A stretch of DNA of 64,000 bases from Camelus dromedarius (lineage: Eukaryota). Numbering within the stretch: the first letter of the stretch is position 1; every line of letters begins with the position of its first letter. A model generated the notes under the pieces. It was not told the origin of the DNA. It saw only the letters and a program-made list of their open reading frames with translations, and made no database searches. Positions 11,761 to 24,749 of this stretch are shown here, one piece after another. The stretch spans positions 119,166,001 to 119,230,000 of the forward strand of contig NC_087436.1 in NCBI RefSeq assembly GCF_036321535.1, given 5' to 3'. A program made the position numbers and the translations under genes.

Positions 11761-14180
11761 GCCCCGCCTTGAAGCCTCTCCAAGGAGTTCGCATTGTACA
11801 AGTTCAGTTGGTAGATGCCCCCTTTCATTAAACCGGTCACTTTGTCCTGAGAACAGTTCAGTTCAGTCAGAGTTGTGTCTCACTTCACGAGGTGGTAATG
11901 AGGGCAGGCTCCCAGAGTCGGGCCCATGATGCAAGCAGTCAGCTACTTAATAAGAGGCATTTCTGTGGAAACAAAAGGAAAACAGTAGTTAATGACTGGA
12001 GCAGATTATAACCCCAGTTTCTGGGTGGTGGAGGCAGGCAGTGGAGAAGAGTTCTAGGTGTCCATCTTGAAGAACCTTCAGATGAAGTGAGGCAGGCAGC
12101 CACGTACTGATGGATTTTTCTGGTTTGCAGTTCGAATGTCTCTGGTGATCTTTCTGAGAGGCCACAAAGCAGCGGGCACCAAGACTGTCCACACACGTGC
12201 TGCTGCGGTGGTACCGACGAAATTATATCAATCTGTCCCACGGTAGCTTGCACGGATTTTAGAAATGGGCAGTTTTCATTCTCAATGATTCCGAATCAGA
12301 AAGTTGGGAGAAAAATTCAAGATGTTTGTCTGGGGAGTTGTAACCAAATATGGAGGAAACTAGAAGAACTCAGGATCCAGCCAAATTTAGGGGTTGTAAA
12401 CAGAACCTTTAAAGACAGTGAACAGTACTAGAATCTAACATCCGTAAAAGTTTAATACTAAAACATATTTTTCTCTCTAAAATCACCCCCACTTTTACTG
12501 CAGATAGCCACATTAAGACTAATTTGTTGGCAGAATAAATTTAGATTCAGTAAACTTGTCCTGGTTATTTACGTAACTGCAGCAAGAATAGTGAATGATC
12601 ATGTAGGTTCTTTTAAAATCTGCTTTGCTCAAACTTTTTCATAAGGAGTCTCAGATTGAGCTTTTAAATTCCTCTTGAGGCCAGGAACCACCCCAAAGGT
12701 TCCCCATCAGATTCACCCGCAGTACCTACAGCTTTGGATAACTTCCTCTCTTCTCGAGGCCCCCTACACGTCCTGACGCTCCTGCACCTGCCAGGAAGCG
12801 GCCCTGCTCACCTCTTGAAGGTGCTGGGAAATCTATAAGCCAAGTAGCAGTTTCTCTTTCAAGTAGGTTTATGGCTCTGTAAAGTCAATTTTAGTCCCTT
12901 ACGGCTGTGGTCGTATCTGAGTCTAAGAACATTCTCAGATTTCACATTCCAGCCAAAGCTTTGGCAACGTAACCAATGTTTCCAATTGTGTTCTGCTCCT
13001 AGGAGAACAGAATCTTATTGAACTTATGCAAATAACTATATTGCCATGGAAATAAGGATACTCACCCAGAGTTCCCAAATTCTAGACAGATCAGGTAGGG
13101 AGTACAAGATAAACGCTTCAGTTCGGCCTACTAAGGCATCATTTACCAGATGCTTTAACTCACAGCTGAAGAGGAAAGGTTTCCTCATATCTGGAAAACA
13201 AAATGCTGGAGAACCAGCACCAGTCATAAAAATCATAGTCACCCTTGTCAGTCCATTTAGTCTCCTGTCACTGATTCTTGCCGACCTTGATCTTGGGCTA
13301 GTGGCCTTATGAATCTATCAGTCTTCCATAAAAGTTTTAGAGATTTGTACCCAGTTCAGTGTTATGACCTCAAAGTTTCAGAAGCCTCCATTCTAGAGTA
13401 CTTGTCAGGGTTTTTTCCATGAATCTCCTCAAAGATGTAACATTTTGGTAGAAACATTTCTGTAAAGCACAGAGTAAAAGAATAAACTGTAAATGACTAA
13501 AGACTTGAATATCCAATGCTGACGGTCTGATAAGAGTTCATTATAACGAAATTGAGAAGGAAATTTGGTTATTTCTGTGGCATCCAACATTTTAGGGGAA
13601 TAAGTGGAATTATGGCTAATAACATGACGCCAAAACAGATTAGATTTTTAGGAACCGTGTGTTACAGGCAGACCTCGCTTTACGGCACTTTGCCTTATTG
13701 TACTTCATAGTATGGCATTTTTTCCAAATGGAAGGCTTTTTGGCAACAGTGCATCAAGAAAGTCTGCCAGTGCCATTTTTCCTACAGCTTTTGCTCACAT
13801 TTTTGGTAATTGTCACAATATTTCAAACTTTTTTTATTATTGTATTTGTTATGATGATTTGTGATCAGTGACCTTTAATGTTACTATTGCAGAAAAACTC
13901 ACTGAAGGCTCAGACGACGGTTAGCATTTTTTAGTATGATTGTTAAATTAAGGGATTTTTTTACACAATGCTATTGCGCATTAATAGACTACAATGTATT
14001 ATAAACGTAACTTTTACATGCAATAGGAAACGAAACATTTGTGACTTGCTTTACTGTAATATTCACTTTATTGTGGTGGTCTGGAATGGAATCCACAATA
14101 TTTCCTACGTATGCCTGTATTTCTGGAACACTTATATTAATAGCATATACTCACACAAATATAATCTTTTTAAAAACTGA
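11761..14180 (-). mobile_element. Non-coding ERV1 internal sequence (MER4/MER34-group-like), interrupted by a Tigger element
   Basis: Adjoins the LTR; composition and motifs resemble MER4-group internal regions; no intact ORF. Confidence 0.6.
13665..14117 (+). mobile_element. Non-autonomous Tigger1 derivative (TcMar; Tigger1a-like)
   Basis: TA|CAGGCAGACCTCG...CGTATGCCTG|TA: terminal inverted repeats with TA target-site duplications, 453 bp. Confidence 0.85.
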
Positions 14181-14479
14181 TTTACAATCTTATATTTATA
14201 TCAGGTGTAACACTTAGTGATTCAGTGTTTTTATAGATTATACATGGCACAAGGGTAGGGAAAAGGGGATTATTACGCGATTACATGAAATCGTGTTTGT
14301 GAAACTTTTGAAAATTGTAAAGCACTGTGGGATTTAAAAAATCCTCCATTCAATAAAAAATTTTAAAGCAAAAAATTTTAAGAATTTAAATTAAAGAGAA
14401 AAAGAAAAGAAAAAGATCACACATTTCACTAAAGATGCATTTTCAATAAAATATTCTTTCTTATAATTATTTTTAAAAA

Positions 14480-14865
14480 GTTGTTGCAAGGCACTGGCTG
14501 TAATTTCTTACGCTAACAGTATTCCTTGTTGCTTATATATTTCATACAGAATAGCTTTTATCTCTGAATCCCATAGCCCTAATGTTCCCCTCCCCCTTTC
14601 TCTCTCCCCTTCAGTAAACACCGGTTTGCTTTCTATATCTGTGAATCTGTTTCCATTGTGCATATACACACATTTTCATTATTTTTTTAGATTATGCATA
14701 TAAATGATAGTATAGAGCATTTGTCTTTCTCTCTGACTTATTTCATTAAGGATAATTTTCTCTAGGTCCATCCAAATTGCTGCTAATGGCAGAATTTTAT
14801 TCTATTTTATGGCTGAGTAATACTCATTTTATATATATATACACACATATATATGTATATATATA

Positions 14866-14922
<57 letters not shown>

Positions 14923-15872
14923 TTTGTCCATTTGTCTGTTGCTGTTGATGGACACTTGGATTGCTTCCATAGCTTGGATCCTGTAAATAGTGTTGCTATG
15001 AACATTGAGGTGCATGTATTTTTTCCTAATCAGTGTTCTCCTTTTTTTTGCTATATGGAGTGAAATTGCTGGATCATATGGTATTTTTAATTTTAGTTTT
15101 TGAGAAACCTCCAAACTGAATGACTGCACAATTTTATATTTCCACCAATAGTGTACAAGGGTTTCCTTTTCTCCACATCCTCTCCAACATTTGTCATTCA
15201 TCAACTTTTTTCTAATTTTATTTTTTATTGAAGTGTAGTTGATTTAGAATGTTAGTTTCAGGTGTACAGCAAAGCAATTCAGTTATACATATACATACAT
15301 GTATATGTATTTTTCAGATTCTTTTCCATTATCTGTTATTACAAGTAGTTGAATATAGTTCCCTGTGTTATACAGTAGGTCCTGGCTCTTTATCTGTTTT
15401 CTATATAGCAATGTGTATCTGTTAATCCCAAACTTCTAATTTATCCCTCCTCTGCCCTTTGCCTTTTGGTAATCATAGTTTGTTTTCTATGTCTGTGAGT
15501 CTATTTTTGGTTTGTAAATAAGATTTGTATCACTTTCTTTAGATTCCATGTATAAGTAATATCATATGATATCTGTCTTTCTCTGTCTGATTTACTTCAC
15601 TTAATATGATAGTCTCTAGGTCCATCTTAGAGATTGCTGCAAATGGCATTATTTCATTCTTTTTTTGACTGAGAAATACTCCATTTTGTGTGTGTGTGTG
15701 TATTTTATGTATATAATATATAATATATAAATTTCATTTTGTGTGTGTGTATTATATATATATAATATATAATATATATAATGCAGCTTTCTTTCTTTAT
15801 CCAGTCATCTGCCAGTGGACATTTAGGTTGTTTCCATGTCTTGGCTGTTGTGAATAGTGCTGCTGTGAACAT
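14480..15872 (-). mobile_element. Two adjacent 5'-truncated L1 3' ends (about 14480-15205 and 15210-15872)
   Basis: Each has tctaggtccatc...gctgc(t/a)aatggca, ggacacttgg/atttaggttg and gctatgaacatt L1 3' UTR motifs. Confidence 0.85.
14830..14921. repeat. Compound (TA)n/(TG)n microsatellite
   Basis: Directly visible. Confidence 0.95.
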
Positions 15873-16289
15873 TGCCTTTCATTTGGACGGAGATGAAGTG
15901 GAATTTAATTATTAGCTTGCAGTCCAGAAATCCAGTATTTCATGAAGCACAGAGACTTTGACAAAAAATTTAGAAATCTAGAATCTTTCTATATTCAGAA
16001 ACTTTGAATATTGTTTCAACTATAAACAAGAGAACCACAGTCCAGCTAGAGGTTTTTAATGACAAAGTGAAGCTTCAGCTAGGCACAACAGTTCCAGTAT
16101 TGAAAAGAATGAAGGTGCTGGAGAACAAAGTGAAATTAGAGTGGGTGGCACTCATTTGAGTAAAATATATCACTTTATTGGGAAAAAAGCAACTGTTGTC
16201 TTGCAAATCTCTACAAATCAGAAATATAAATACTGCTCACAATGACATAAAACTGAATCTATAACTCAATCTGGTAAAAACTGAAAATA

Positions 16290-17870
16290 AAGTTTTGCTA
16301 AGTTAAGTGAAATGATGGGAGTTAATTAACTAGATAAAATAAGATACTGAAGCATTACTTACTGAACATAGGCTTCCTTTTACAAAGAAACTAAAGGTAT
16401 TCAGGATTCAGTAAATATGTTTATGTCAGACTGAAAATTTTTTTACTTAAAAACGTATATTTTTAGAAATCATAGATAATATTTATGAGTTTGCCAGTCT
16501 ACAGAATGTTAATATAAAAGATAGCTCATAATTGCTGACTTCTTAGTTTTCACTAGAAGTTAAGGCTTCTAAAGGTCAAGAATTCTAATTAACGTATGTA
16601 ATTAAAACTACTAGAATTAATAAGGAAAACACCTTTGAATGAAATTTTAAAAGGCATAAAGAATAGAAATGCTTTCAATGCTTTTAAGGGAAAATAAACT
16701 GATTTTGTCCTAAAGCTGGTTATTGCTAAATGGGAAAAAAAAATAAGGAACAAACTGATATGAATATTGAAATTTGTAGATGGTTTTTTGAGAAAAAATA
16801 ATCTTTAGAAAAAAATTTTATGTGTGGTTGGGAGTGGCTAAGTAAGATTAAAATGAATTTAATTAAGAACATGAATTTTAATATTAAGGGTAAATATGAA
16901 TTTTAATGTTAAATAAATATAATTGAGAACATGAGTTTTAATGTTAAAGGTGAAGTTTTAATATTAAAAGGAACCAACATTAACAGTGAGGTGAATATTA
17001 AAGGTGGGTTTTAATATTAAATGTAATGTTTAAATAGTAAATATTTAATATTAAAATATTAAAGAATTTTATTTTCTCTCTCTGCTAAGAGGACAAAATT
17101 TTCTTGAAATATTGATCTGCTTTTGATAACAGATTGCAAAATGTCTCTCTGCCTTTTAAGTGACCTGTTGTAAATTTCTGTGTTTTGCCTTTAAAATATT
17201 TTATTGCCACTTGGGTTAAGTGAGTGTGTATTGTTTCACAGTAACCTTTTACCCTGCTTACCTCTTCATACCTTTGACAAACTTCCCAAAGTCAAATTCA
17301 ATGAAGTTCCTTTGCCCTCTAGGTGACTCTGAAACGTCTCAAACAGAGACACTAAACCAGCTAGCCTTACTTGGTGTGCTAATGGGTGATGCTAACCTTC
17401 TTAGGGTGCATTTTACGTGTAAAGTTTATCATATGACAGGACTAAAATTTGAATGTGTTGGATATGTCCTGGCACAATGTTATCAGCTGTACTTCTAGCT
17501 ATTAGCTTAAAATGCTGTATGTCACAAAAATACCAAACTTCCTTGTCAATTATACTCAGATCAATGTCATTTGAAGTCTTTAGTCAAAAATAGAGAGTTA
17601 TTGGTTTACTGTGAAGCTTTTTACAAAACTAAGATCTTCAAGAAGATTCATTAAAAAGAACTTCCAACAAATACCAATTTCTGATGATTTTTAGATCACA
17701 GTTGAACTCGGTAAAAAATTATAAAACTAATGGAAAACCCAATGGCTATATCCAGATCAAAAAGAATTATTATGTGAGATTGAATGAACTGAGAAATATG
17801 ATTTATAATTACATGACTTTTGGCCTGAAACATGATTGGCTTTTATGTGCAAATGGCCAAGATTGAACAG
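16290..17870 (+). mobile_element. AT-rich ERV1 internal fragment (MER4-group-like)
   Basis: ttttcactagaagttaagg...aattctaattaa motifs; 17630-17740 aligns by eye to the reverse complement of about 13320-13440. Confidence 0.55.
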
Positions 17871-20800
17871 GTATGACCTGTAGGAAGGATTTGTCCATGC
17901 AGTGCTGGTGCACAGAAGCTGCTCGTTCCAGGTGTAGGAGACACAGCAGAGGAAAAGGATTATGAGGATCAGGAGCAGTGAGCCATCCAGCAGATGATGG
18001 AAGGACTTGAGTAGAAGAGGGTGTGGGCGGTGGGGCCAGAAAGGCAGGTGGGACAAGTCCTGAAGGGTCTGAGATGCCAGCTGAGGGTCAGGCTCCTGGA
18101 GGGCAGACACCGGGAGCTGTGGAAGGTTGGAGGCAAGAGGCTGCCAGTGTCCATGCTGCTGTGGGGGAGGTCACTGACATCGGGTGCAGCCCCTGGCAGT
18201 GTTCCCCTGAAGGCAAGCCTGAGCCCCCAGGCCAGTCCCACCTGCCCTAGGGAACAGAGAACACTGCTGGCATAAGGATTAAGTGGAAATGGTGCCAGTG
18301 TGTCCACTTCACACACTCCCAGACAAGCAGAAAGAATGGTCGGGCTGTTCTTTTTCTAGAACACCCAGAACAAATAAGGCTTCACACTTTCATATTCAGC
18401 GATGGCCCAAATCAAGAAGAGGTCACGGGCTGCGTGCCCACGTGTGACACTGGGAACAAGCTGGCATTGCTGCGGGGAGCGGCCAGCACCCTGCGTCCTT
18501 CTCGAGACACTCGGATTCAATGTGGACTTTGTGGTGCATCTCACAGAGGCGGCCAGTACACGTGTCCCTCCAGCCCTTTTGTTTGACGAACATGTGCTGC
18601 CAGCAACCAAAGTCGCAGAGCCCAGAACCTCAGGCAGCCCCTTCAGGCTGAGCATGGCAGAGCCTGGTCTAGAAAGAACTGCTCCTGTGCTGTAGCCTGT
18701 CCCCCAGTGAAGGACAATGAACCTCTGAGTGTCACAGAAGCTTCCCCAACCCTTACCCTGCCCAGGGGACTTCCAGCCTCCAGAACCGTGAGAAAATGCA
18801 TGTCTGTGCTTAAGCCCCCATCTGTGGTGTCCTGACATGGCAGCAGATGTAGACTAAACACCAGTCACGGCGGATTTAACACCAGGAGACAGGCTACCAG
18901 GCTGTGAAGTTGGACAGTGTTGGTCCACACTGAGTGAAGGAGAGATGGCAGGTGGAGGAAGAAGGGATTCAAGGTGCAGAGAAGTAGGAAGGGGCCGGAG
19001 TGAAGGTGGTAGGTGAGGCCAGACAGTGTCCCCCAGGAGGCCCGGGGGACACTCCGGTTACCAAGCACCAGCGTCAGCAACAAGCCCAGACACGGGGCGG
19101 CCCCTGTAGGACGGGGCGGATGGGAGTGGAGCCATTAGAGAAGTGGGCTCCCTGGTGGCACTGGAAGTCATGGGATGCAGAAAGGAGAGGCCAGGTGCCT
19201 GCACGTAGCTGTCAGAAGCAAGGCCAGCGCAATTACTGTGACGCACATCAAAGCCAGAATGGCAGCGAGACGCACTCCAGGCAGTGGAGATGGTTACTGG
19301 GATACAGCGCTCCGAGGGCAGAATAGCTGGACAGCTGGCATGGGCGACCCTCGGTGTGTCCTCTCAGAAGCACCTGGGGATGAATGGGTTAGGAGACCGA
19401 GGGCAGCCACGGAGTGAAGAGCGAGCCCTTTCCCCAGCATCCAGACCAGAGTCAGTCGAATCTCAATCCCACTGACCTAAGGATAGACCATGTCCCTGCG
19501 AGGAAGGACTCCGCCAGACCCTGGCAAGGGCATGTGGTGACGATTCCCCCATCCCGTCCCCTGGGCGCTGATGGTCATGGGCTCAGGTAACCAGACACTA
19601 GGGAGAGGGAACACTCACACATTTTGAGAACGGGACTTACAGTTTCAATAAACTTCACTTGTCATCAGGGTTTCTGGGTTGGAGAATTCGGGAGTGGCTT
19701 AGCGGGGGATTTCTGACTCTTGAGTTTTTAACAGGCTGAGGTCAAGATGTCACCTGGGACTCCTGGAGCTGGATCTGGACCGGAGGACTAGCCGGCAGGG
19801 GCCCTCTGTCAAGGGGCTGGTGAGTTAGTGCTGGCTGTGGGCAGGACACCTCACCTGCTCTCCACATGGCCTCTCCTCACACTGCTTGAGTGTCCCATGA
19901 CGTGGCTGCTGGCTTCCTTCAGAGTCAAGGCTCCAGGAGAGGGTAGAACATGACATCAGGGCAGGGGACCCGCTTCGGTAGGAGGTGCGACAGTGGGCAC
20001 ACGACCTGGGGTCTGCTGCTCCTATCGTGAGCCCAACGCCCAGAAGCTGCCAGCCTGAGAGAGGAATGGACAGACAGCTGAGGGCTCAGTTGAGCAGGCG
20101 TTTGGAGATGGAGTCTGCGGCATCGGGGCTCCGCCCCCTAGGAGTCATACACCCCGAATCAATAACCAGTGCATGGTTTCCCCAGTGAGTAGAACGTGCG
20201 GGATGGAAGCACGAGGAGCCTCGCTTATCACCACTCCCGGGGACCCCCGTGGGGAACTGAGTCTCACATCCACACTCTGGACTCTGCAGGTTCCGCGGTA
20301 GGTATCCAAAGAAGGGATGCTTCCACAGGTGACAAGCTACTGCTGTCTCTGGTCACTTGAGGTACTGGTGCCAAGAGACCAGCAGAGAACTGGAGGCGTC
20401 ATCATCTAGCAAGGATGATCGTCCAGGACCACGGGAGGCGGGAGGTCTTGTGGGCTGTGCACAAGGAAGTAGAGGAGACTCGGTGTGGAACCCATGTGGG
20501 GGCCTCTGGTCTTCTTTGTTGAACTGAACAGTGAATAGACAGGTGAACGCTGTGGCTCAGGAAGGCATGCTTGCTAAAGGTCAGGTCTCAGGAACGAGGC
20601 TCTAGGTATCCCCCCAGGTACCCCCCAGGCCCGGCACAGGTGCCAGTTGAAGGTGAACGGCATGGAATGGGTGGAAGGGAGGGTACCATGAGCATCAGTT
20701 GGAATCTGCATGTGAGCTCCAGCAAGAGCGGCCAGTGCCAAGGCCTGGAGGAAAGGACGAGGAATGGACGCCCCTGGCACGTGGCATGGGGGTGCGGTCG

Positions 20801-21016
20801 TGTGGGGCTGGGGCTGGAACAGCTGGGGCGGGCCTGCCTCTCTCTCTCCAAGTGCCCTCAGGGCTTCTCCACGTCTCCTTCCCACGTGGGCTGGCTTGGG
20901 CTTCCTCACAGCGTGGCGGCTCCCGGCTCCACGCATGACTCCTCCTGTGAACAAGGCAAACCCTGCCTTGCCGCTTCTGACACAGGGCATCTGCTCGACA
21001 TTCTGTCGGTTACAAG

Positions 21017-21578
21017 TGAGTCACAAGCCCACTCAGCGCTAACGGGAGAAGACACTGACCCCGCATCTCAATGGGAGGGATGTCGAAGTCAAGTCAGGTC
21101 GGGGGTGGGGGGCAATGAGGCAGATGGGACAGAGGAGAGAGGATGGGGACTTGCTTGGACATCATATACTCGAATTGCATTTGCTGAGCGATGGACAAGG
21201 TGGCCAGAAGGGACGGTGAGTCACGGCTCTGGCCAGGACAGAAAACTACAATCAGGTGTTTGTTTCTCAGGCAGAGCACCCCACACCACAGATGCCCTGC
21301 TCCTGGGTCGGGGGCACAGAGGCGACTCCAGGCGACACCCTGGCCCCTGCAGACCGCACCGCTGTGACCACACCATCCTCCAGGAAGGAGACACTGAAGC
21401 TGTCATCTCGTGAGCGCTCACTCACTGCTCTCAGGTCCCCTGCGGCTATTTGCGGGTGGTCTGCTGAGACCCGGAGAGATTACGCAGCTAGCCAAGGGCA
21501 TTACGGGTGGCCCAGCCCTAATTCTGAAGGTTTGGGTCGGTCTCGCTCCTCCAGTGGTTGTGTGACGTCGGTGAGTCA
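21017..21578 (+). promoter_or_regulatory. AP-1/CRE motif cluster upstream of MAN2B2 (mirrored at 5514-6075)
   Basis: TGAGTCA at 21017, 21217 and 21572; TGACGTCG at 21563. Confidence 0.45.
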
Positions 21579-22136
21579 CGGACTGTTGGTAAAGGCCTGA
21601 TCTCCTCCCTCAAACAGCGAGAACGATCCCTATTGAAGGGCCGGATTGTGGGCTCCACGCGGAGGAGAGGGTGTCAGGGCAGGCGCCCCAGTGGCGGCAC
21701 TGCCCGCACTGAGTACCGAGGGTGAGGGAGGCCTCGAAGCCGAGGAGCCAGTCCAGAGGGAAGGGGCTGCGGATGGGCAGGGATGCCCAGCGGGAAACCC
21801 TCTAAGAGACAGAAATGAGTGGCAAGGGCCCTGGGCTGACGAAGGTCCTCCCAGACAGGAGGGAAATCTGGCAGGCTTCCCCGAGGAGGAGGCACTTGGT
21901 ATTTGGCTTAAAGGTGGCCAGGGACAGCCAGGAAACTGGAGCTGGGCGGGGAGTGCTGAAAGGCAGTGAGCAAGGGCCCCAGCCTGCACTGCTCAGGTGA
22001 CAGCATCTACGTGGGTGTCACTCCTCCCTTGCTCCTTCCCACCCCCTCCTCCAAGGAGCAGGTCCCGGTCAGCTCCCGAGAGGCCAGGCCCTGCAGGCAG
22101 ATTGAAGTCTGACAGCCCTGCCTGCTGGCCGCTGGG

Positions 22137-22268
22137 ATGGGGCCGCTCAGCTGGCTGCCTCTGTTCCTGGTGCTGCTGTGGCCGCTGGGGGCCCTGGTCA
22201 CGCTTCCAATCAGGGTGTTCGTGGTGCCCCACAGCCACATGGACGTGGGCTGGCTCCACACAGTACAG
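22137..22268 (+). CDS. MAN2B2: MAN2B2 exon 1 ([44 protein letters not shown])
   Basis: gggATGG start context, hydrophobic signal peptide, Zn-binding HxD motif, donor CAG|gtgggt. Confidence 0.95.
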
Positions 22269-22766
22269 GTGGGTGCCCCGGGATGTCCCCTGCACACCTC
22301 TTGAGGGTGAAGTCTCCTTCTTCCTGTAAAGTCCCTGGGCCTCACCCGCTGTGACCCTTGGGCTTGGCTGTGCTGTCGGCCACGTGGCGCTCACGGCCGG
22401 CCAACATGCCCCTCTGGGAAGCCATCCCTGCCCCCTCGGTCCTGGCAGGTGCATCCCCCTGACTCATGGACTGCCATTGTCTGTTTCCTCACATCCCTGC
22501 CCAGGAGAGCATGTTCCCAGCACAGCGGTCCGCCCTGTCCCGCTCCCAGTGCCCGCGCTCACCGTGTGTCTGGCGCAGAGTGGGACTGGTGCCCCCTTGT
22601 CTGAAGGGAACTGGGGGAACAGAGGGAAGGGCCCCCAGACAGATGCAGCTGTGAGTGCCAGGGGCCCCCAGACACTCTGTCACCTCTGGATTTTACTCCT
22701 TGGTCCTTGGGGCCAAACCCTCCAGAAGCCCCATGGGGCTGGAGTGATGGTGTCCCCCACCCCTAG

Positions 22767-22913
22767 GAGAGCATGCGGGCTTATGTCGCCAACGTCTACA
22801 CCTCGGTGGTGGAGGAGCTGACCCTTAAGAAGCAGCGCAGGTTCATCGCCGTGGAGCAGGAGTTTTTCCGGCTGTGGTGGGATGGCATCGCCTCGCACAA
22901 GCAGAGACGCCAG
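22767..22913 (+). CDS. MAN2B2: MAN2B2 exon 2 ([11 protein letters not shown]...HKQRRQ)
   Basis: ccctag| acceptor, 147 nt, [15 protein letters not shown] motif, donor CAG|gtactg. Confidence 0.95.
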
Positions 22914-24643
22914 GTACTGCTGTCCTGTAGGGTGTCCTTGAAGGGTCAACCGAGAGAAGAATGGCTTGGGTGTCCTGGTGATGACCCTTTAGGAAACTCC
23001 TGGGGCAGTGCGCTCTCTGGCCACGCTTGTGCTACATAAACCTCAAGGCTTAAACTCTACTGGGCTCTTTGCAGGGTGTGTTTAGATCAGTTTTGTGGTC
23101 AGCCCCGTGCCCGGGAAACAGCTCTGTGTTGTCATCCCAGCTGTGTGGCTACTGGAAAACTGCAGCTCTGGCAACCCACCAGACACTCAACTGGCATGAA
23201 CCGAGTTCCCTTTGACACTGGGCACTCCCAGGGGGCCCAGAGCCCACACCCTCTTCCTTCATTTCGGTATCTGAGTGACCCCCATGAGCACAGGAGCCGG
23301 CAACCCTGCCGGGGGTGCAACAGTCCCTGTGGCCCCAAGGCCGGCAGCGGATTAGTTTCACAGGTTGCAGGAGTCAGAGGCCCCGCTCAGCAGAGGGGCT
23401 GCCTGGGACCCGGTCCTGCTCCCCCACCTCCACGTGTGGTGAAGGCGGCGACTGGACTCTGTCCCCTGCAGGTCCCACAACTGTACGTGGGAGTGACCAC
23501 TCTTCTTAGGGAGGCTGTGCCCAGAATGAACATATGATGTGAGTTCATAGGACAATTCTCTGGAACTTGGTCCCCTCCAAGCATCCCCTTCGTTCGAAAC
23601 AGGTTAGAGCCCCACGACTTGCTCAAGGTAGCAGAGCTCAAAAGGCAAAACAGGGAGTCCACCAGGTCCTCCTCCAGCAGGGGATGTGACCCTGCAGCCT
23701 TTGGCACCGAGAGGACGAGCCTCCCGTCCGATGGGCACTGCCTCCTGCCAGGCTCTGGGCTAGGACCTTCTACACATTACTTCGTTGACTCCTCTCAACA
23801 GCCAGTACACTGGGGACACTCAGCCTGCTGTACACAGTGGTCCAGGTTCAGAGAGGGCAGGCAACTGGCCAGGGACCACAGAGCTTGTACGAGACAAGTT
23901 GGACTCTGTGTCAGATATTCTGATTTAAAGCATGACTCTCCATGGGGTCCAGTGGATGGTCCTCACTTCTTTACATGGACACCCCCAAACTCAATTGCTT
24001 GTCATCCAGTTGTGACAAATGCAAATTGAAGGATGTTCTACAGAATAAGTAGCCTTAATCCTCAAATTTATTAATCACAGGAATGAAAAAGAAGGCTCAG
24101 GAAATTCATGAATATCATGAATTTGATAGTAGCATTATTAATTTCCAGATTTGGAGAATTATGGAATAGTAAGAATGATCTTGTCCTTGTCAAACACATA
24201 CTGAACTGTTAAGATAAAGGCATGTTATTGTTAACTTTTACTTTCAAATGGTTTAGAAAAAGCATACTATGAACGTAAAGAGATGGGGAAGAGATAAGAG
24301 AAATAGGGAAAAACTATTAACTACTAGATAATCTTGGGAAAGGATTTATGGGTACTCTCTGAACAATTCTTGCAAATTTTTCACAAGTTTGAAATTATTT
24401 CAGAGCAAAACTGTAAAATGTTTATTTTTATATATTTTCGATGAAGGAACAGCCAGGGGCCAGGTGCTGTTCCGGATGCTGGACACACTGGGGACCAGGA
24501 CCGTGTCCTGCTTTTTCAGAATAAATGTAGATGAGTGCGGAGTTGGAAGGAAGAACCGTAAGACACTGGAGACATGTACCCAGTGAACACAACCAGACTT
24601 GGGGGCTATAATCTGGATTTTCCTCTCTGCCCACAACACCAAG

Positions 24644-24749
24644 GTCCACCAGCTCCTGGCCCAAGGACGCCTGGAGTTTGTCCTCGGAGGCCAGGTCATG
24701 CATGATGAGGCCGTGACCCACTTTGATGACCAGATCCTACAGCTCACAG
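24644..24749 (+). CDS. MAN2B2: MAN2B2 exon 3 ([23 protein letters not shown]...QLT)
   Basis: 106 nt, [16 protein letters not shown] motif; acceptor ccaag|, donor CAG|gttcga. Confidence 0.93.
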
